Source of the DNA: Patescibacteria group bacterium
GTDB taxonomy: Bacteria > Patescibacteriota > Patescibacteriia > JAHIZJ01
DNA: 64,000 bases
Direction of reading: 5' to 3'
Assembly (NCBI GenBank): GCA_028714495.1
Contig: JAQTMH010000002.1
Span: forward strand, 7,219 to 71,218
The position numbers and the translations under genes were made by a program. The notes under the pieces are model-generated. The model saw nothing but the letters and a program-made list of their open reading frames with translations. It made no database searches and was not told the DNA's origin. Numbering within the stretch: the first letter of the stretch is position 1; each line of letters opens with the position of its first letter. Shown here in pieces: positions 18,210-27,404 of this stretch.

Positions 18210-20543
18210 TTGTATAAATATAGAAGAAGTTGCATCATTCCACCCTATTTTATGCCCAGCGTTAGAACAGACATCAGTCCCTTTTTACTGCACAATCCTC
18301 AATCTAGCAATGAGGAAATTTCGCTTTTAGTCAGCCACCCGAGCCCCCAGGAGCTCCAGTCCCTGGGTCGCCTTTTTATGCTTCTGAAATTGTCGCCGGC
18401 CAATGAACAGACCAAGAAAATCATCGGCACCATTGAGCAGGAGGGGAAGCTTTTCTACTATCAACAGCTCGAGTCCAACGTTGAACTGGCATTTGAAACC
18501 ACGCTGAAAAAAATTAACGAGCTTCTGAGCAATTACCTCGAGCACGTCTCGGCTGAATGGCTGAATGACTTCAACGCGATTATCGGAGTAATCCGCGGCA
18601 GCGACATGTACTTCGCTCAAGTCGGCAATTTTCAGGCCTTTCTCATCCACCGCATGCGGGTGGTCAATATTCTCGAAAAAACCAAGGGCGCGGAAACCAG
18701 AATCAACCCTCTCAAAATATTTTCTCAGACTATTTCCGGCCAGCTAAACCCTGATGATGCCCTGGTTTTTTGCACCTCAACCGTGCTCGATTATCTTTCC
18801 TTGGAACGCCTCCGCACAATCATCCAGTCCTCCCCCACTTCCCAGGCAGCTCTGACTCTGGAAAACCTGCTCATGTCAAACAGCGATACCAGCGGTTTCG
18901 CGGCTTTGCTTATCAAATTAGTGCCGGAAACCATTGCCGTACCCTCGTTGGCCAGGACCAGCCAGCCCGGCTACAGCCGAGGAGCGCCCCAGGAGTCGAT
19001 GGAACAGCTTCGGAGCCGCGAATCTTCGACTACCGAGCTTCTGGCCCCTTCGAGCGCGCTGTTTTTCAAGAATCTATTTCGCCGAGCCGGAGACCGCATC
19101 GGAAAAATCTCTGAAAATATCGGCCTTAAGCCAAAGATTTCCCAGCGCCACCGCCCGACAGAAGTTCAGTACTATGCCCCAGTCCGGGAAAGCTATAAAC
19201 AGTCGCGGCGGCCGCGATATTCCTCACGCTTCGTTTACGTGTTGGGACGGATTCTGACCGGACTCCAGTTGACCGCGAATTTCTTGAAAAGAATGTTCCT
19301 GGGATTATTCGGCGTAATCAGCGGCCGAAAAAATATCACCCAAAAACTTCAGCATCTTCCAACCAACGCCTCGACCTCGGTTTCCAAGCAGATTGTCTTC
19401 TTCCAAAAACTCACTCGGCGCAGGAAAGTTCTGCTGCTGGTCTTTGTCCTGATAATTTTCATCTTCGCTCAAAGTGTGATTATTATAAACCGGAATAAGG
19501 AAACTAAAAAACAATTAGCCACTTACCAAGACTCTCTCAACCAGGCTACGACCAAGGAGCAGGACGCCGAGGCGGCCATGCTTTATGGCGACGAAAATAA
19601 TACCCGCACGCTTCTGAAACAGGCCACGGATCTGATAGCCAGCATACCGGAAAAGGAACGAGAGCACCGCTATCAGGCCGAGATCGCCGGGCTGATGACA
19701 AAAATTGACTCGCTCGCCCTCAAAACTAAGCATATCAACACCATCGCCGAGCCGACGCTGCTGGCTGATTTAGCGACGGCCGGCACCGAAGTTGCCGCTG
19801 GCGGCCTGGCCGGAATATTCGGCAGCGACATCGTCGCTTATTCAACAAATAAATCAGAACTTTACCAGGTGAATGTCGACGAGAAAAAGCCGGCCAGCAT
19901 CGCCTTCACCGAAGCCAAGGATCAAACTGTCCGCTTTTCCGCTCCCCTTTCGAATAATACGGCTCTGCTGTATTTATCCAACGACACTTTGCTCCAATAC
20001 AAATCAACTGACGATTCCTTCACTGCCCTGACTATCGATTTCGAAAACCAGGACCGGACCCTGGCGGGTATGGCAAGTTACCTTGACCGAATCTACACTC
20101 TCGACACGAAGAATAACCAGATCTTCCGCCATCAAAAATCCGGCAATCAATACCAAAAAGGCGCGAGCTGGCTGACCCAGGCTGAGGCGGATGTGAAAAA
20201 CGGGGTTGACCTCGCAATTGACGGCTCAGTCTTTGTCCTGAGATCAGACGGCCAGCTGACTAAATTCGTCCAGGGCGCGACTGATACGTCATTTTCCTTG
20301 AATGCGATTGATCCGGCCATCTCCAGCCCGACCAAGCTCTGGCTCGATGTAGACACTACCTATCTCTATATCCTCGAACCCAGCCAAAAACGCCTGCTCG
20401 TCTTCACCAAAACCGGCAAACTGAAAAACCAGTACGCTTCCAATGCTTTTGATAATCTTCTGGATATGGCAATAAACGAAAAGGACAAGAAGGCCTATTT
20501 GCTCAATGGGACAAAGATTTTCGGGGTGGATTTGCTGGAGTAG
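18210..20543 (+). CDS. PP2C-type (SpoIIE-like) serine phosphatase domain, one TM helix and a C-terminal beta-propeller-like repeat domain
   Basis: PP2C-like core IIGVIRGSDMYFAQVGNFQAFLIHRMRV...DALVFCTS. TM segment VLLLVFVLIIFIFAQSVIII. C-terminal repeated beta-strand motifs (DRIYTLDTKNNQIF, GSVFVLRSDGQLTKF, YLYILEPSQKRLLVF). Exact start uncertain. Confidence 0.55.
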   Translation: MYKYRRSCIIPPYFMPSVRTDISPFLLHNPQSSNEEISLLVSHPSPQELQSLGRLFMLLKLSPANEQTKKIIGTIEQEGKLFYYQQLESNVELAFETTLKKINELLSNYLEHVSAEWLNDFNAIIGVIRGSDMYFAQVGNFQAFLIHRMRVVNILEKTKGAETRINPLKIFSQTISGQLNPDDALVFCTSTVLDYLSLERLRTIIQSSPTSQAALTLENLLMSNSDTSGFAALLIKLVPETIAVPSLARTSQPGYSRGAPQESMEQLRSRESSTTELLAPSSALFFKNLFRRAGDRIGKISENIGLKPKISQRHRPTEVQYYAPVRESYKQSRRPRYSSRFVYVLGRILTGLQLTANFLKRMFLGLFGVISGRKNITQKLQHLPTNASTSVSKQIVFFQKLTRRRKVLLLVFVLIIFIFAQSVIIINRNKETKKQLATYQDSLNQATTKEQDAEAAMLYGDENNTRTLLKQATDLIASIPEKEREHRYQAEIAGLMTKIDSLALKTKHINTIAEPTLLADLATAGTEVAAGGLAGIFGSDIVAYSTNKSELYQVNVDEKKPASIAFTEAKDQTVRFSAPLSNNTALLYLSNDTLLQYKSTDDSFTALTIDFENQDRTLAGMASYLDRIYTLDTKNNQIFRHQKSGNQYQKGASWLTQAEADVKNGVDLAIDGSVFVLRSDGQLTKFVQGATDTSFSLNAIDPAISSPTKLWLDVDTTYLYILEPSQKRLLVFTKTGKLKNQYASNAFDNLLDMAINEKDKKAYLLNGTKIFGVDLLE

Positions 20544-20579
20544 GTAAAAAAGTTATTTTAGGCAAAAGTATTAACCAAT

Positions 20580-20606
20580 CCCTCCCTCCATTAAAGAGGG
20601 CTTTTT
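20580..20606 (+). terminator. Intrinsic terminator (CCCTCC-loop-GAGGG followed by CTTTTT)
   Basis: Hairpin plus T-run immediately after the stop of the 777-aa gene. Confidence 0.4.
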
Positions 20607-20746
20607 GGTTAGTGGAATATCTGGCATTATTTCGCGAAACATGCAATAATAGGGGTGTTATAAGCCTTTAGTTCGCATAATAACTAGTTATGGTGCGCCT
20701 GCTTTCGAAAATCTGGAAGCCGCCCACTTTACTATATTAAACATCC

Positions 20747-21436
20747 ATGGACTGGAGAGTTTTCCTAAAAAAGGATGATGTCGAATATCGCGCCTTTAAA
20801 ATCGTACAAGGTGCAAGTTTGGATATTACATTTATTCCAAAGACTTCCCTCTGGATATCAAAAGAACATCTTATTGGGTATAATATAGGGGATCAATTAC
20901 TACTTCAGGTTGAAAGCGATCAAGGCTTTGTAAATCACTACAGCGCGCATTCTCGAACTGGACAGAGACATATTAAGATCTCCGATCAACCCTACGCCAT
21001 CGAACCGTTTCACGGTCAACCCTTTAGAAAAATAGACCAGGTCATTCCTCTTTTGACCTACATTGCCGTTACTACTCCATCCACCAAGGAAGCCCCCTCA
21101 AAAGGTAAATGGTACGGATACACAATCCCTGAGAACGTCAATTACTGTATTTTTGACCTAATTGCATTTCCCAAAGGCTCGAACCTTAATATTAACTTTC
21201 AGCTCGGTACAGTCGTAAATACGAAGAAGTCGATAGAGACTTTTGGCCAAAAGATCCTCGAATTTCGCAACTGCAATATTTGTGTCCTGCTTCGGACTAG
21301 CACTCATGACAAATCAACGTTAAAACAGAATGTGCTCATACAACAGAACGAGGGTATAACCACCTCGATAGTGAGAGTTATGGACAATCAGGTTCTTCTC
21401 ACCGTTGCTGAGACTCAAATTGGGAACGTTAGTTAG
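20747..21436 (+). CDS. Hypothetical protein
   Basis: ORF track 229 aa. No family recognised. First gene of a plus-strand cluster of small hypothetical genes. Confidence 0.45.
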   Translation: MDWRVFLKKDDVEYRAFKIVQGASLDITFIPKTSLWISKEHLIGYNIGDQLLLQVESDQGFVNHYSAHSRTGQRHIKISDQPYAIEPFHGQPFRKIDQVIPLLTYIAVTTPSTKEAPSKGKWYGYTIPENVNYCIFDLIAFPKGSNLNINFQLGTVVNTKKSIETFGQKILEFRNCNICVLLRTSTHDKSTLKQNVLIQQNEGITTSIVRVMDNQVLLTVAETQIGNVS

Positions 21437-21569
21437 CTACTTAGGTCAAAACCCGGCGCGCCACTTCATCTAACAGCGTGTATACGACATACGAGTACGG
21501 TCGCATGACACGCAAACGTTAGACGAAATTCAAAAATCAAGCCTACCAGAAGTATAATAATATATTTAT

Positions 21570-21950
21570 ATGAAAACCACTAAAAATTATCAAATTCTGA
21601 TTGGATTAATCTTTTTTGTTTTGCTATTATCGGGATGTTCATACAAAAAAAGTGAGCAACAACCCCTTCCATCTGAGCAAGATAAATTATCCTCACTGAG
21701 TGGCATCTTTAGAAGCGTTAAAGGAGTTATGGATCCTTTAAGTTGTTATTGTTTAAACAGTGGATACTTGATTACAAAAGATAATAAAGAAGTACCGGTC
21801 TGTTTTGAAGACAATGATAAAGATATTCAGTGCAATCAAATAACGATTATGGGAGATTATGAAACAAAAAAAATTAATCCAGAATCAACAAATCCTTGTC
21901 CTGCTGGAGAAATGACTTATTTTAATGCTTTATCTTATTCATGCAACTAA
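21570..21950 (+). CDS. Cys-rich lipoprotein (possibly DUF333 putative-hemolysin-like)
   Basis: Signal peptide with lipobox LLSGC. 8 Cys in the mature part (SCYCLNSGYL...CFEDNDKDIQCNQ...CPAGE). Confidence 0.45.
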   Translation: MKTTKNYQILIGLIFFVLLLSGCSYKKSEQQPLPSEQDKLSSLSGIFRSVKGVMDPLSCYCLNSGYLITKDNKEVPVCFEDNDKDIQCNQITIMGDYETKKINPESTNPCPAGEMTYFNALSYSCN

Positions 21951-22021
21951 ACGATTTTTAATTCTTGAACATCGTCTAGTACGGGCTAGCCGGTTCGCGA
22001 GCTAAATACTAACAAATACTC

Positions 22022-22372
22022 ATGAACGAAAGATTTCAAGAAGAAAGGCTGGGAGAAACCCCAAAATCAATTGATGCTTACATCAGTCGCCATCATCGGG
22101 CTGATGAGGCTCGGGACATAGAAGAGCGTAGTTATAGCGAGCTAGGTTTATCGACTGTTCGTCCTCAAGATGTAGCGGTTGGAGATGTAATATATCTCAA
22201 ACGTGGCAGTAAATATTTTCCGTGCAGAGCCGTCGATCGGGGCGGTTCCTTGGGTCTTGAGACGATTGAGCAAATGCCAAGCAGTATCGGCGGCACGCAA
22301 CTCCCTGCTGGTGATTTTCTCCCAATGCAAATGTTTGACCCAGATAGTGAAGAGTTCTACGTAAAATCCTGA
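22022..22372 (+). CDS. Hypothetical protein
   Basis: ORF track 116 aa. No family recognised. Confidence 0.4.
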   Translation: MNERFQEERLGETPKSIDAYISRHHRADEARDIEERSYSELGLSTVRPQDVAVGDVIYLKRGSKYFPCRAVDRGGSLGLETIEQMPSSIGGTQLPAGDFLPMQMFDPDSEEFYVKS

Positions 22373-22382
22373 AAATTATATT

Positions 22383-22910
22383 ATGATAAAAATTGAAGAA
22401 ATCTTACAACTAAAAATAAAACCAAAGGAAAAGCAAACGAAGCTAGTCGAAACCGTTGTTTCAAAGAAAATATCGGCAAAAGAATTTATTGCGTTTTTTG
22501 AGTCTGCTTCTGATGTTGATAAAGGCACTTGCGCTGATGTGATGAAGCATGTTTCGGCGAAAAGCCCCGCAATACTTATGCCGTATATTGATGTTCTCGT
22601 GAAATACATCAATTACAAAGCTCCGCGGGTCAAATGGGGCGTGCCGGAGGCGATTGGCAATATGGCAAAAGATTATCCTGATAAAACAGCAAAGGCTATC
22701 CCCCATCTTCTTGAAAATACCACTGATGACATAATAAATACCACGGTGATAAAATGGTGCGCCGCTTTTGCTTTTTCGGAAATCGCTAAACATAATCCCA
22801 AAACCAGAAAACAGCTGAGGCCGATTTTTGAAAAGATAATAAAAGGAGAGAAGAATAACGGGGTTAAGAATGTTTATGTTAAAGCAATAAAAACAATTGA
22901 AAAACAGTGA
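22383..22910 (+). CDS. Hypothetical alpha-helical repeat (HEAT-like) protein
   Basis: 175 aa, helical repeats. Possible but unproven resemblance to DNA-alkylation-repair HEAT-like proteins. Confidence 0.4.
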   Translation: MIKIEEILQLKIKPKEKQTKLVETVVSKKISAKEFIAFFESASDVDKGTCADVMKHVSAKSPAILMPYIDVLVKYINYKAPRVKWGVPEAIGNMAKDYPDKTAKAIPHLLENTTDDIINTTVIKWCAAFAFSEIAKHNPKTRKQLRPIFEKIIKGEKNNGVKNVYVKAIKTIEKQ

Positions 22911-23020
22911 TGCGATTATTCAATAATAAAAAGGACTTGGGAAAAACAGCACATAACAGCGCATAAGACAGGACTCGTTGAGTGAAATCACCAAGCCGAA
23001 TATTTTAAAAAACATTCTTC

Positions 23021-23440
23021 ATGGATTCATTTGGACAAAAATATGGAATAAAAGAAGATGATAAGGTAAAAGACTACCATCGAAGCCGAAGAATGTTTTG
23101 TATTTATCAAGGCAAGCTTTATATCGCGGATCAAAATTTGTCGTATTCCCATGCCACCTGGTTTGAAAAGGAGGGCTGGACAGCAAATGAAAGAGATGGA
23201 TTGATGGATAAAATAACCAGGGGCATAATTGATGATCAGGGCGATATATATTTTTACGCCGGTTTTGATTTCAGGGTAAATGATGAAATCGAATCTATCT
23301 TTTTCGCCCACCTTAAAGAGCTGGTTGAGAAATTAAAACTAGACGCCCGCGCTCGGATATTTGGAGGCACAATAAAATCGGAACCCGGAAAAAAATGGCC
23401 GCCAGCTAAAGAATACGGCACAATAAAAGATTATCTATGA
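23021..23440 (+). CDS. Hypothetical protein
   Basis: ORF track 139 aa. Confidence 0.4.
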   Translation: MDSFGQKYGIKEDDKVKDYHRSRRMFCIYQGKLYIADQNLSYSHATWFEKEGWTANERDGLMDKITRGIIDDQGDIYFYAGFDFRVNDEIESIFFAHLKELVEKLKLDARARIFGGTIKSEPGKKWPPAKEYGTIKDYL

Positions 23441-23526
23441 ATTGATGCGTGGCCACTGCTTAAGTGAAATAACCGTAATTATCTGTCATTAACATTAAAC
23501 GATAAGTTCTTACTTACCATCATAAT

Positions 23527-23877
23527 ATGGGAGAAATACTAAAATTTAATCCAAATAGACAAACAGGTGGTGAAAATGGTCAACCGGAGAGCGAGCTAAT
23601 AATGCCTGACGCTGATCGGGTTGATTTTTTTACGAAATTCCTGTCAGACGGAAGCGCTGGAAAATTAATGAGCCTGGATGCTTCAACATCATCATCACGA
23701 CAATCTCGTGAAATAGTAACAAGCTACACGTTTGATGAACTATTTGACTGGCTGGAAAAGTCTAGTGAAAACGACTGGAAAATAAGACCCGCATTTTACC
23801 AAGCTGTTTTTGAAGAATTAAAATCTAGATTAGACCATATACTGAAAAAATTTCATCTGGAAAATAAAAAGGAGTAA
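23527..23877 (+). CDS. Hypothetical protein
   Basis: ORF track 116 aa. Confidence 0.4.
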   Translation: MGEILKFNPNRQTGGENGQPESELIMPDADRVDFFTKFLSDGSAGKLMSLDASTSSSRQSREIVTSYTFDELFDWLEKSSENDWKIRPAFYQAVFEELKSRLDHILKKFHLENKKE

Positions 23878-23887
23878 TTTCTGCTAA

Positions 23888-24484
23888 ATGCATAATTTTG
23901 CTCGTATGGATGCAAAAATTGAAAAACGTATTCAAGAATTAGTAAAAGAAGAGATATCTATCGTCCCCTACAATCCGAATTGGCCCCGAATGTTTGAAGA
24001 TGAGGCGGATTTTTTACGCGCGAAACTGCCGAAGAATCTAGTCAAAAGAATCGAACATTTCGGGAGCACGGCCGTACCGGGATTATCAGCTAAGCCGATT
24101 ATTGATATTTTGGTTGAGACCACAAGTCTGGAAGAAACTAAAAAGCAAATCGTGCCTATTTTAATTGCCGAGGGGTATGAATACTTTTGGCGGCCGGCAA
24201 TCGGCGATCAGCCGCCGTACTATGCCTGGTTTATTAAACGGGGCGCCCAAGGCCAGCGCACCCACCACATCCACATGGTTGAGTCGGATTCAGAGCTGTG
24301 GGATCGGCTGTATTTCCGGGATTATCTCCGGCAATTTCCCGAGGAGGCCCGGCGCTATGACGAACTCAAGCGTGACCTGTCAAATAAATATTCCCACGAC
24401 CGAGTCAAATACACCGTGGCCAAAAGCGATTATATCCAGACGGTGACGGAAAAGGCGAAGAAGTATTACCAAAATTTAAATTAA
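23888..24484 (+). CDS. GrpB family protein (UPF0157, nucleotidyltransferase-fold)
   Basis: IEHFGSTAVPGLSAKPIIDILVE and the C-terminal FRDYLRQFPEEARRYDELKRDL are characteristic of GrpB. Confidence 0.7.
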   Translation: MHNFARMDAKIEKRIQELVKEEISIVPYNPNWPRMFEDEADFLRAKLPKNLVKRIEHFGSTAVPGLSAKPIIDILVETTSLEETKKQIVPILIAEGYEYFWRPAIGDQPPYYAWFIKRGAQGQRTHHIHMVESDSELWDRLYFRDYLRQFPEEARRYDELKRDLSNKYSHDRVKYTVAKSDYIQTVTEKAKKYYQNLN

Positions 24485-24507
24485 CATTCGCTTAATCAAT
24501 AAACATT

Positions 24508-24535
24508 CACCTTTTAGCTAAAAGGTGTTTTTTAT
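24508..24535 (+). terminator. Intrinsic terminator, member of a recurring palindrome family CACCTTTTAGCTAAAAGGTG plus T-run
   Basis: Perfect 9-bp stem, 2-nt loop, followed by TTTTTTA. Related copies at 6308-6327, 34667-34688 and 35036-35055. Confidence 0.6.
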
Positions 24536-24544
24536 TCCAAAAGA

Positions 24545-25100
24545 AAAAGGACTGTCCAGGAGACAGTCCTTGTGAAAAAAATGGGGGCTGGGTAGCCAGC
24601 TGGCCTGACGAAGAAATCCGACCTTGCTCGGAACGCACCCCTAGGGTTCTGACCCTGCCAGATTCAGGCTTCTGTCGTCAGCCAATGCCGCCCGCCTGCT
24701 GTCTGGCGCGCTCCCAGCCACCCACAACGAGCGAATTTATAAAAATATATTAAACTATTCTGTTTTTAGTGTCAAGAAAAGTTATCAACACACAAATATT
24801 GAACCATTGGATTACCAGGCTGAAAAAGAAAAACCCCCGACGCGCGCATCGGGGGCACCCTACATTCCGGCACGGCAACTTCGGCCGTGACCGGTTGTCA
24901 GCGAGAAATCGGGTGGGTTTTCCTCGCTACCCGCCGGACAAAACATCCTGGAAAGGCGGCAGGCCAGCCTAGAACTCCAGGAACCCAGTATGAGGACATT
25001 GGTTGCCTTAGAAGGTTGTTGCCCATGACGAGCCACTGGGAAGCTCCGGGCAATCCGGCAACCGTCTCTCCGCAAGGTATAGCCAGTGTTGCTGGTTAGC
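24545..25100. other. G+C-rich non-coding, highly structured segment (candidate structured RNA(s)), with a minus-strand intrinsic terminator at about 24810-24842
   Basis: Only short ORFs on both strands. Hairpins GGACTGTCC...GGACAGTCC. Nested stems GGCUGGG...CCCAGCC and CUGACGA...UCGUCAG. CCCCCGAcgcgcgcaTCGGGGG is followed by an A-run on plus, which is a U-run on minus. I could not match tmRNA, RNase P or SRP consensus. Confidence 0.2.
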
Positions 25101-25456
25101 TATGGTGCTCTTGCCACGACACGCTCACGACGAACTGTAAAATCCCCGCCGCAGTTGTAACAATGGCATGTTACGTCGCGAGTCTGGTAGATGTCACCAC
25201 AAGACGTCTTTTTGTAGTTTCCCTCAGCGCTTCTCATGCCTAAAGCCGCCGCTATGCTGTAGCCCGCGCAGATGCAGCGCGCGTCCTCAACGTGTTCAGG
25301 ATTCACAACAGCCCACCTCTTGAGTTTCACGTTGTACGAATTGCATTCGGGACAGGCTGTACCTCTGAAAAAAGCAACCATGATTCTAAAGAGCTTGGAC
25401 ACATCAGCCTCCTTCAATTTGGTTCCTGCATAGGCCCCTGGGAAGACTTCAGTCAA
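25100..25456 (-). CDS. Hypothetical Cys-rich (zinc-ribbon-like) protein in a G+C-rich segment
   Basis: 118 aa with CPEC...C.C...CHCYNCG cysteine pattern. Protein-like composition. Uncertain. Confidence 0.35.
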   Translation of the reverse strand: MTEVFPGAYAGTKLKEADVSKLFRIMVAFFRGTACPECNSYNVKLKRWAVVNPEHVEDARCICAGYSIAAALGMRSAEGNYKKTSCGDIYQTRDVTCHCYNCGGDFTVRRERVVARAP

Positions 25457-25551
25457 TACGGTAATTTAAGGTATCATACAAAAATAATTATGTCAAGTAT
25501 ATAAAAGCAGGCGGGCAAACGTTTGCCCGCCTACATCTATTTTTTTCTTAA

Positions 25552-25962
25552 TTATTTCAGAGTCACTGTCGCGCCTGCCTCTTCCAGTTTCTTTTTCAAT
25601 TCCTCAGCCTGTTCCTTGGGCACGTCTTCTTTTACTACCACCGGCGCTGACTCGACCAGCTTTTTCGAATCCTGGAGACCTTTTTCAGTAATCTCCTTGA
25701 CGACCTTGATGACCGAAATCTTGTTTGATCCGGCGCTGGTCAGCTCAACGTTGAAAGCGCTCTTTTCTTCGGCTTCAGCGGCTCCGGCGCCCGCTGCCGG
25801 ACCAGCCGCCATCATCATCGGAGCGGAGGCGGATACGCCGAATTTGTCCTCGAGAATTTTTACGAGTTCAGCCAGCTCTAGCACGCTCATTTTTTCGATT
25901 TGCTCAATGAGCGGCTTGAACTTTTCCGGAACTACGATGTCTTTTTTTGCTTCGTCTGCCAT
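25552..25962 (-). CDS. rplL: 50S ribosomal protein L7/L12
   Basis: MADEAKK..., an Ala/Gly-rich hinge, and a C-terminal EAGATVTLK typical of bL12. I take the internal Met at 25962 as the start. Confidence 0.9.
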   Translation of the reverse strand: MADEAKKDIVVPEKFKPLIEQIEKMSVLELAELVKILEDKFGVSASAPMMMAAGPAAGAGAAEAEEKSAFNVELTSAGSNKISVIKVVKEITEKGLQDSKKLVESAPVVVKEDVPKEQAEELKKKLEEAGATVTLK

Positions 25963-26000
25963 AGAGTTCAATTTAAAATTAATAATTTATAATTAAAAAT

Positions 26001-26528
26001 TTAGGAAGCTGGTTTTTTATTGGCGATCGCTTTCAAGGCATAGACCAATCCTCGGAGATTACCGCCTAAAACGTTCACAAAGCCCGTAATCGGCGCTTTA
26101 ATCGTAGCCACAGTCTTAGCAATGAGTTCCAGCCTGGTTGGCAAGCTGGCCAAAGCCTGAATTCTTTCTTGATCCAAGCTCTTGCCCTCAAGAAAGCCGG
26201 CGATCAGCTGAATCTGGGGATTCTCCTTTGAAAAAGTTTTTAAAACCTTCGCGGCTGTCACCTCGTCATGGCTGAAAGCCAATCCAGTCAAGCCCTTGAT
26301 AGCCTCGATATCCGCGCCTTCATACTTTAATTCAGCCAGCGCCCGGCGGAGCAGGGTTTTCTTGACCATGACCAGTTCGGCGTCCTGGCCGCGAAGCTCT
26401 TTTCTCAAGGCCTCGGCTTTTTTGACAGTCAATCCCTCAAGCGAAGCTAAAACAGTCAGGAGGTTTTCTTTAGCCTTTTTCACTATTGCCGTCACGTCTT
26501 TTTCCTTTTTTTGTCGTGTTTTGGCCAT
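26001..26528 (-). CDS. rplJ: 50S ribosomal protein L10
   Basis: 175 aa uL10-like sequence immediately upstream of rplL, which is the canonical rplJL operon. Confidence 0.9.
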   Translation of the reverse strand: MAKTRQKKEKDVTAIVKKAKENLLTVLASLEGLTVKKAEALRKELRGQDAELVMVKKTLLRRALAELKYEGADIEAIKGLTGLAFSHDEVTAAKVLKTFSKENPQIQLIAGFLEGKSLDQERIQALASLPTRLELIAKTVATIKAPITGFVNVLGGNLRGLVYALKAIANKKPAS

Positions 26529-26700
26529 AAATGTATTTAAAAAATCTGCTTTCCCGCAGACATAAAAAGGTTATTATTTACCTCGGAAGGCTTATTTTTA
26601 ACCCCGTACCGGAGCGTTAGCGACTGGTATAGGGACCCTCTGTCTGCGGTATTTATCCTATTATATCAAATGAGCAATTTGTGTCAAATATTAAGAAATA
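26529..26700 (-). promoter_or_regulatory. rplJ leader region (possible L10(L12)4 autoregulatory structure) plus promoter
   Basis: Roughly 170-nt untranslated leader with complementary CUGCGG/CCGCAG and repeated UGUCUGCGG segments. Assigned by position only. Confidence 0.25.
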
Positions 26701-26705
26701 GGCCC

Positions 26706-27404
26706 TTATTTATCTCTTTTTATTAGCGTACCTCGGAATGGCTGGTCAGCCAAATGGCGGATGAACTGACCGAGTTTCCGGCCATTTATTATGGCAACAT
26801 TGAGACGATTCTTCTGGGCCAGACGCGAAGCAATCGGATCAAACGGGGTATTGAGCCGCGGACTCCAGCGGCTGGGGATCATTTTCAAATATTTTGACCA
26901 AGTGGTTTCAAGCACTCGCTTGGCCTCGGGAAATTTTCGGGGATCTTTGGTATAGACGAAATCAATGTTAGTCAGATTTATAATCTCCGAACAGCCAAAG
27001 GTACTGGCCAGCAAGACCGCGTCTTTATCCGTCGAGCAACCCGGCTTCCACCCGCAGGCGCAGATAATCGGCTGTTTCGCTTTTATCCGACGGGTTGGAT
27101 TAGTCAATACTTCCGGATGAGCGAATCCACCAAAAATTATCCTGATTAACTCCGCGTGAAATCTGGTCGCCGCAATACCTAGTCGATCAAGCTCAATCGG
27201 CTTTGGCTGAATTACCTTTTTAACCGCCTGATTGTACTGCTTGTTTAGTTGGCCGCCGCCGGTAACGATAATCGCCTGCCGTTTTTTCGCCACGATGTGT
27301 TTTAATACTATCTGCCGAAATTTTTTTAAAAAATTTATGTCTAGATAGCCGGGCCGCGGCGACATGATTGACCCGCCCAACGAAATGATAATCCGATTGT
27401 TCAT
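26706..27404 (-). CDS. pyrH: Uridylate kinase, archaeal-type (amino-acid kinase family)
   Basis: IIISLGGSIM ... AIIVTGGGQL ... GWKPGCSTDKDAVLLAS ... DFVYTKDP matches the archaeal-type UMP kinase pattern. Confidence 0.65.
   Translation of the reverse strand: MNNRIIISLGGSIMSPRPGYLDINFLKKFRQIVLKHIVAKKRQAIIVTGGGQLNKQYNQAVKKVIQPKPIELDRLGIAATRFHAELIRIIFGGFAHPEVLTNPTRRIKAKQPIICACGWKPGCSTDKDAVLLASTFGCSEIINLTNIDFVYTKDPRKFPEAKRVLETTWSKYLKMIPSRWSPRLNTPFDPIASRLAQKNRLNVAIINGRKLGQFIRHLADQPFRGTLIKRDK

Noticed and set aside
24590-24740. Tested as SRP RNA, tmRNA 5'/3' ends, and RNase P RNA
   Set aside because: I could not find the domain-IV GGAA/AGCAGC motif, a tmRNA T-arm with CCA end plus tag reading frame, or the RNase P P4 GGAAAGUCCGGGC/ACAGAANCCGGCUUA motifs. 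Left as unassigned structured RNA.
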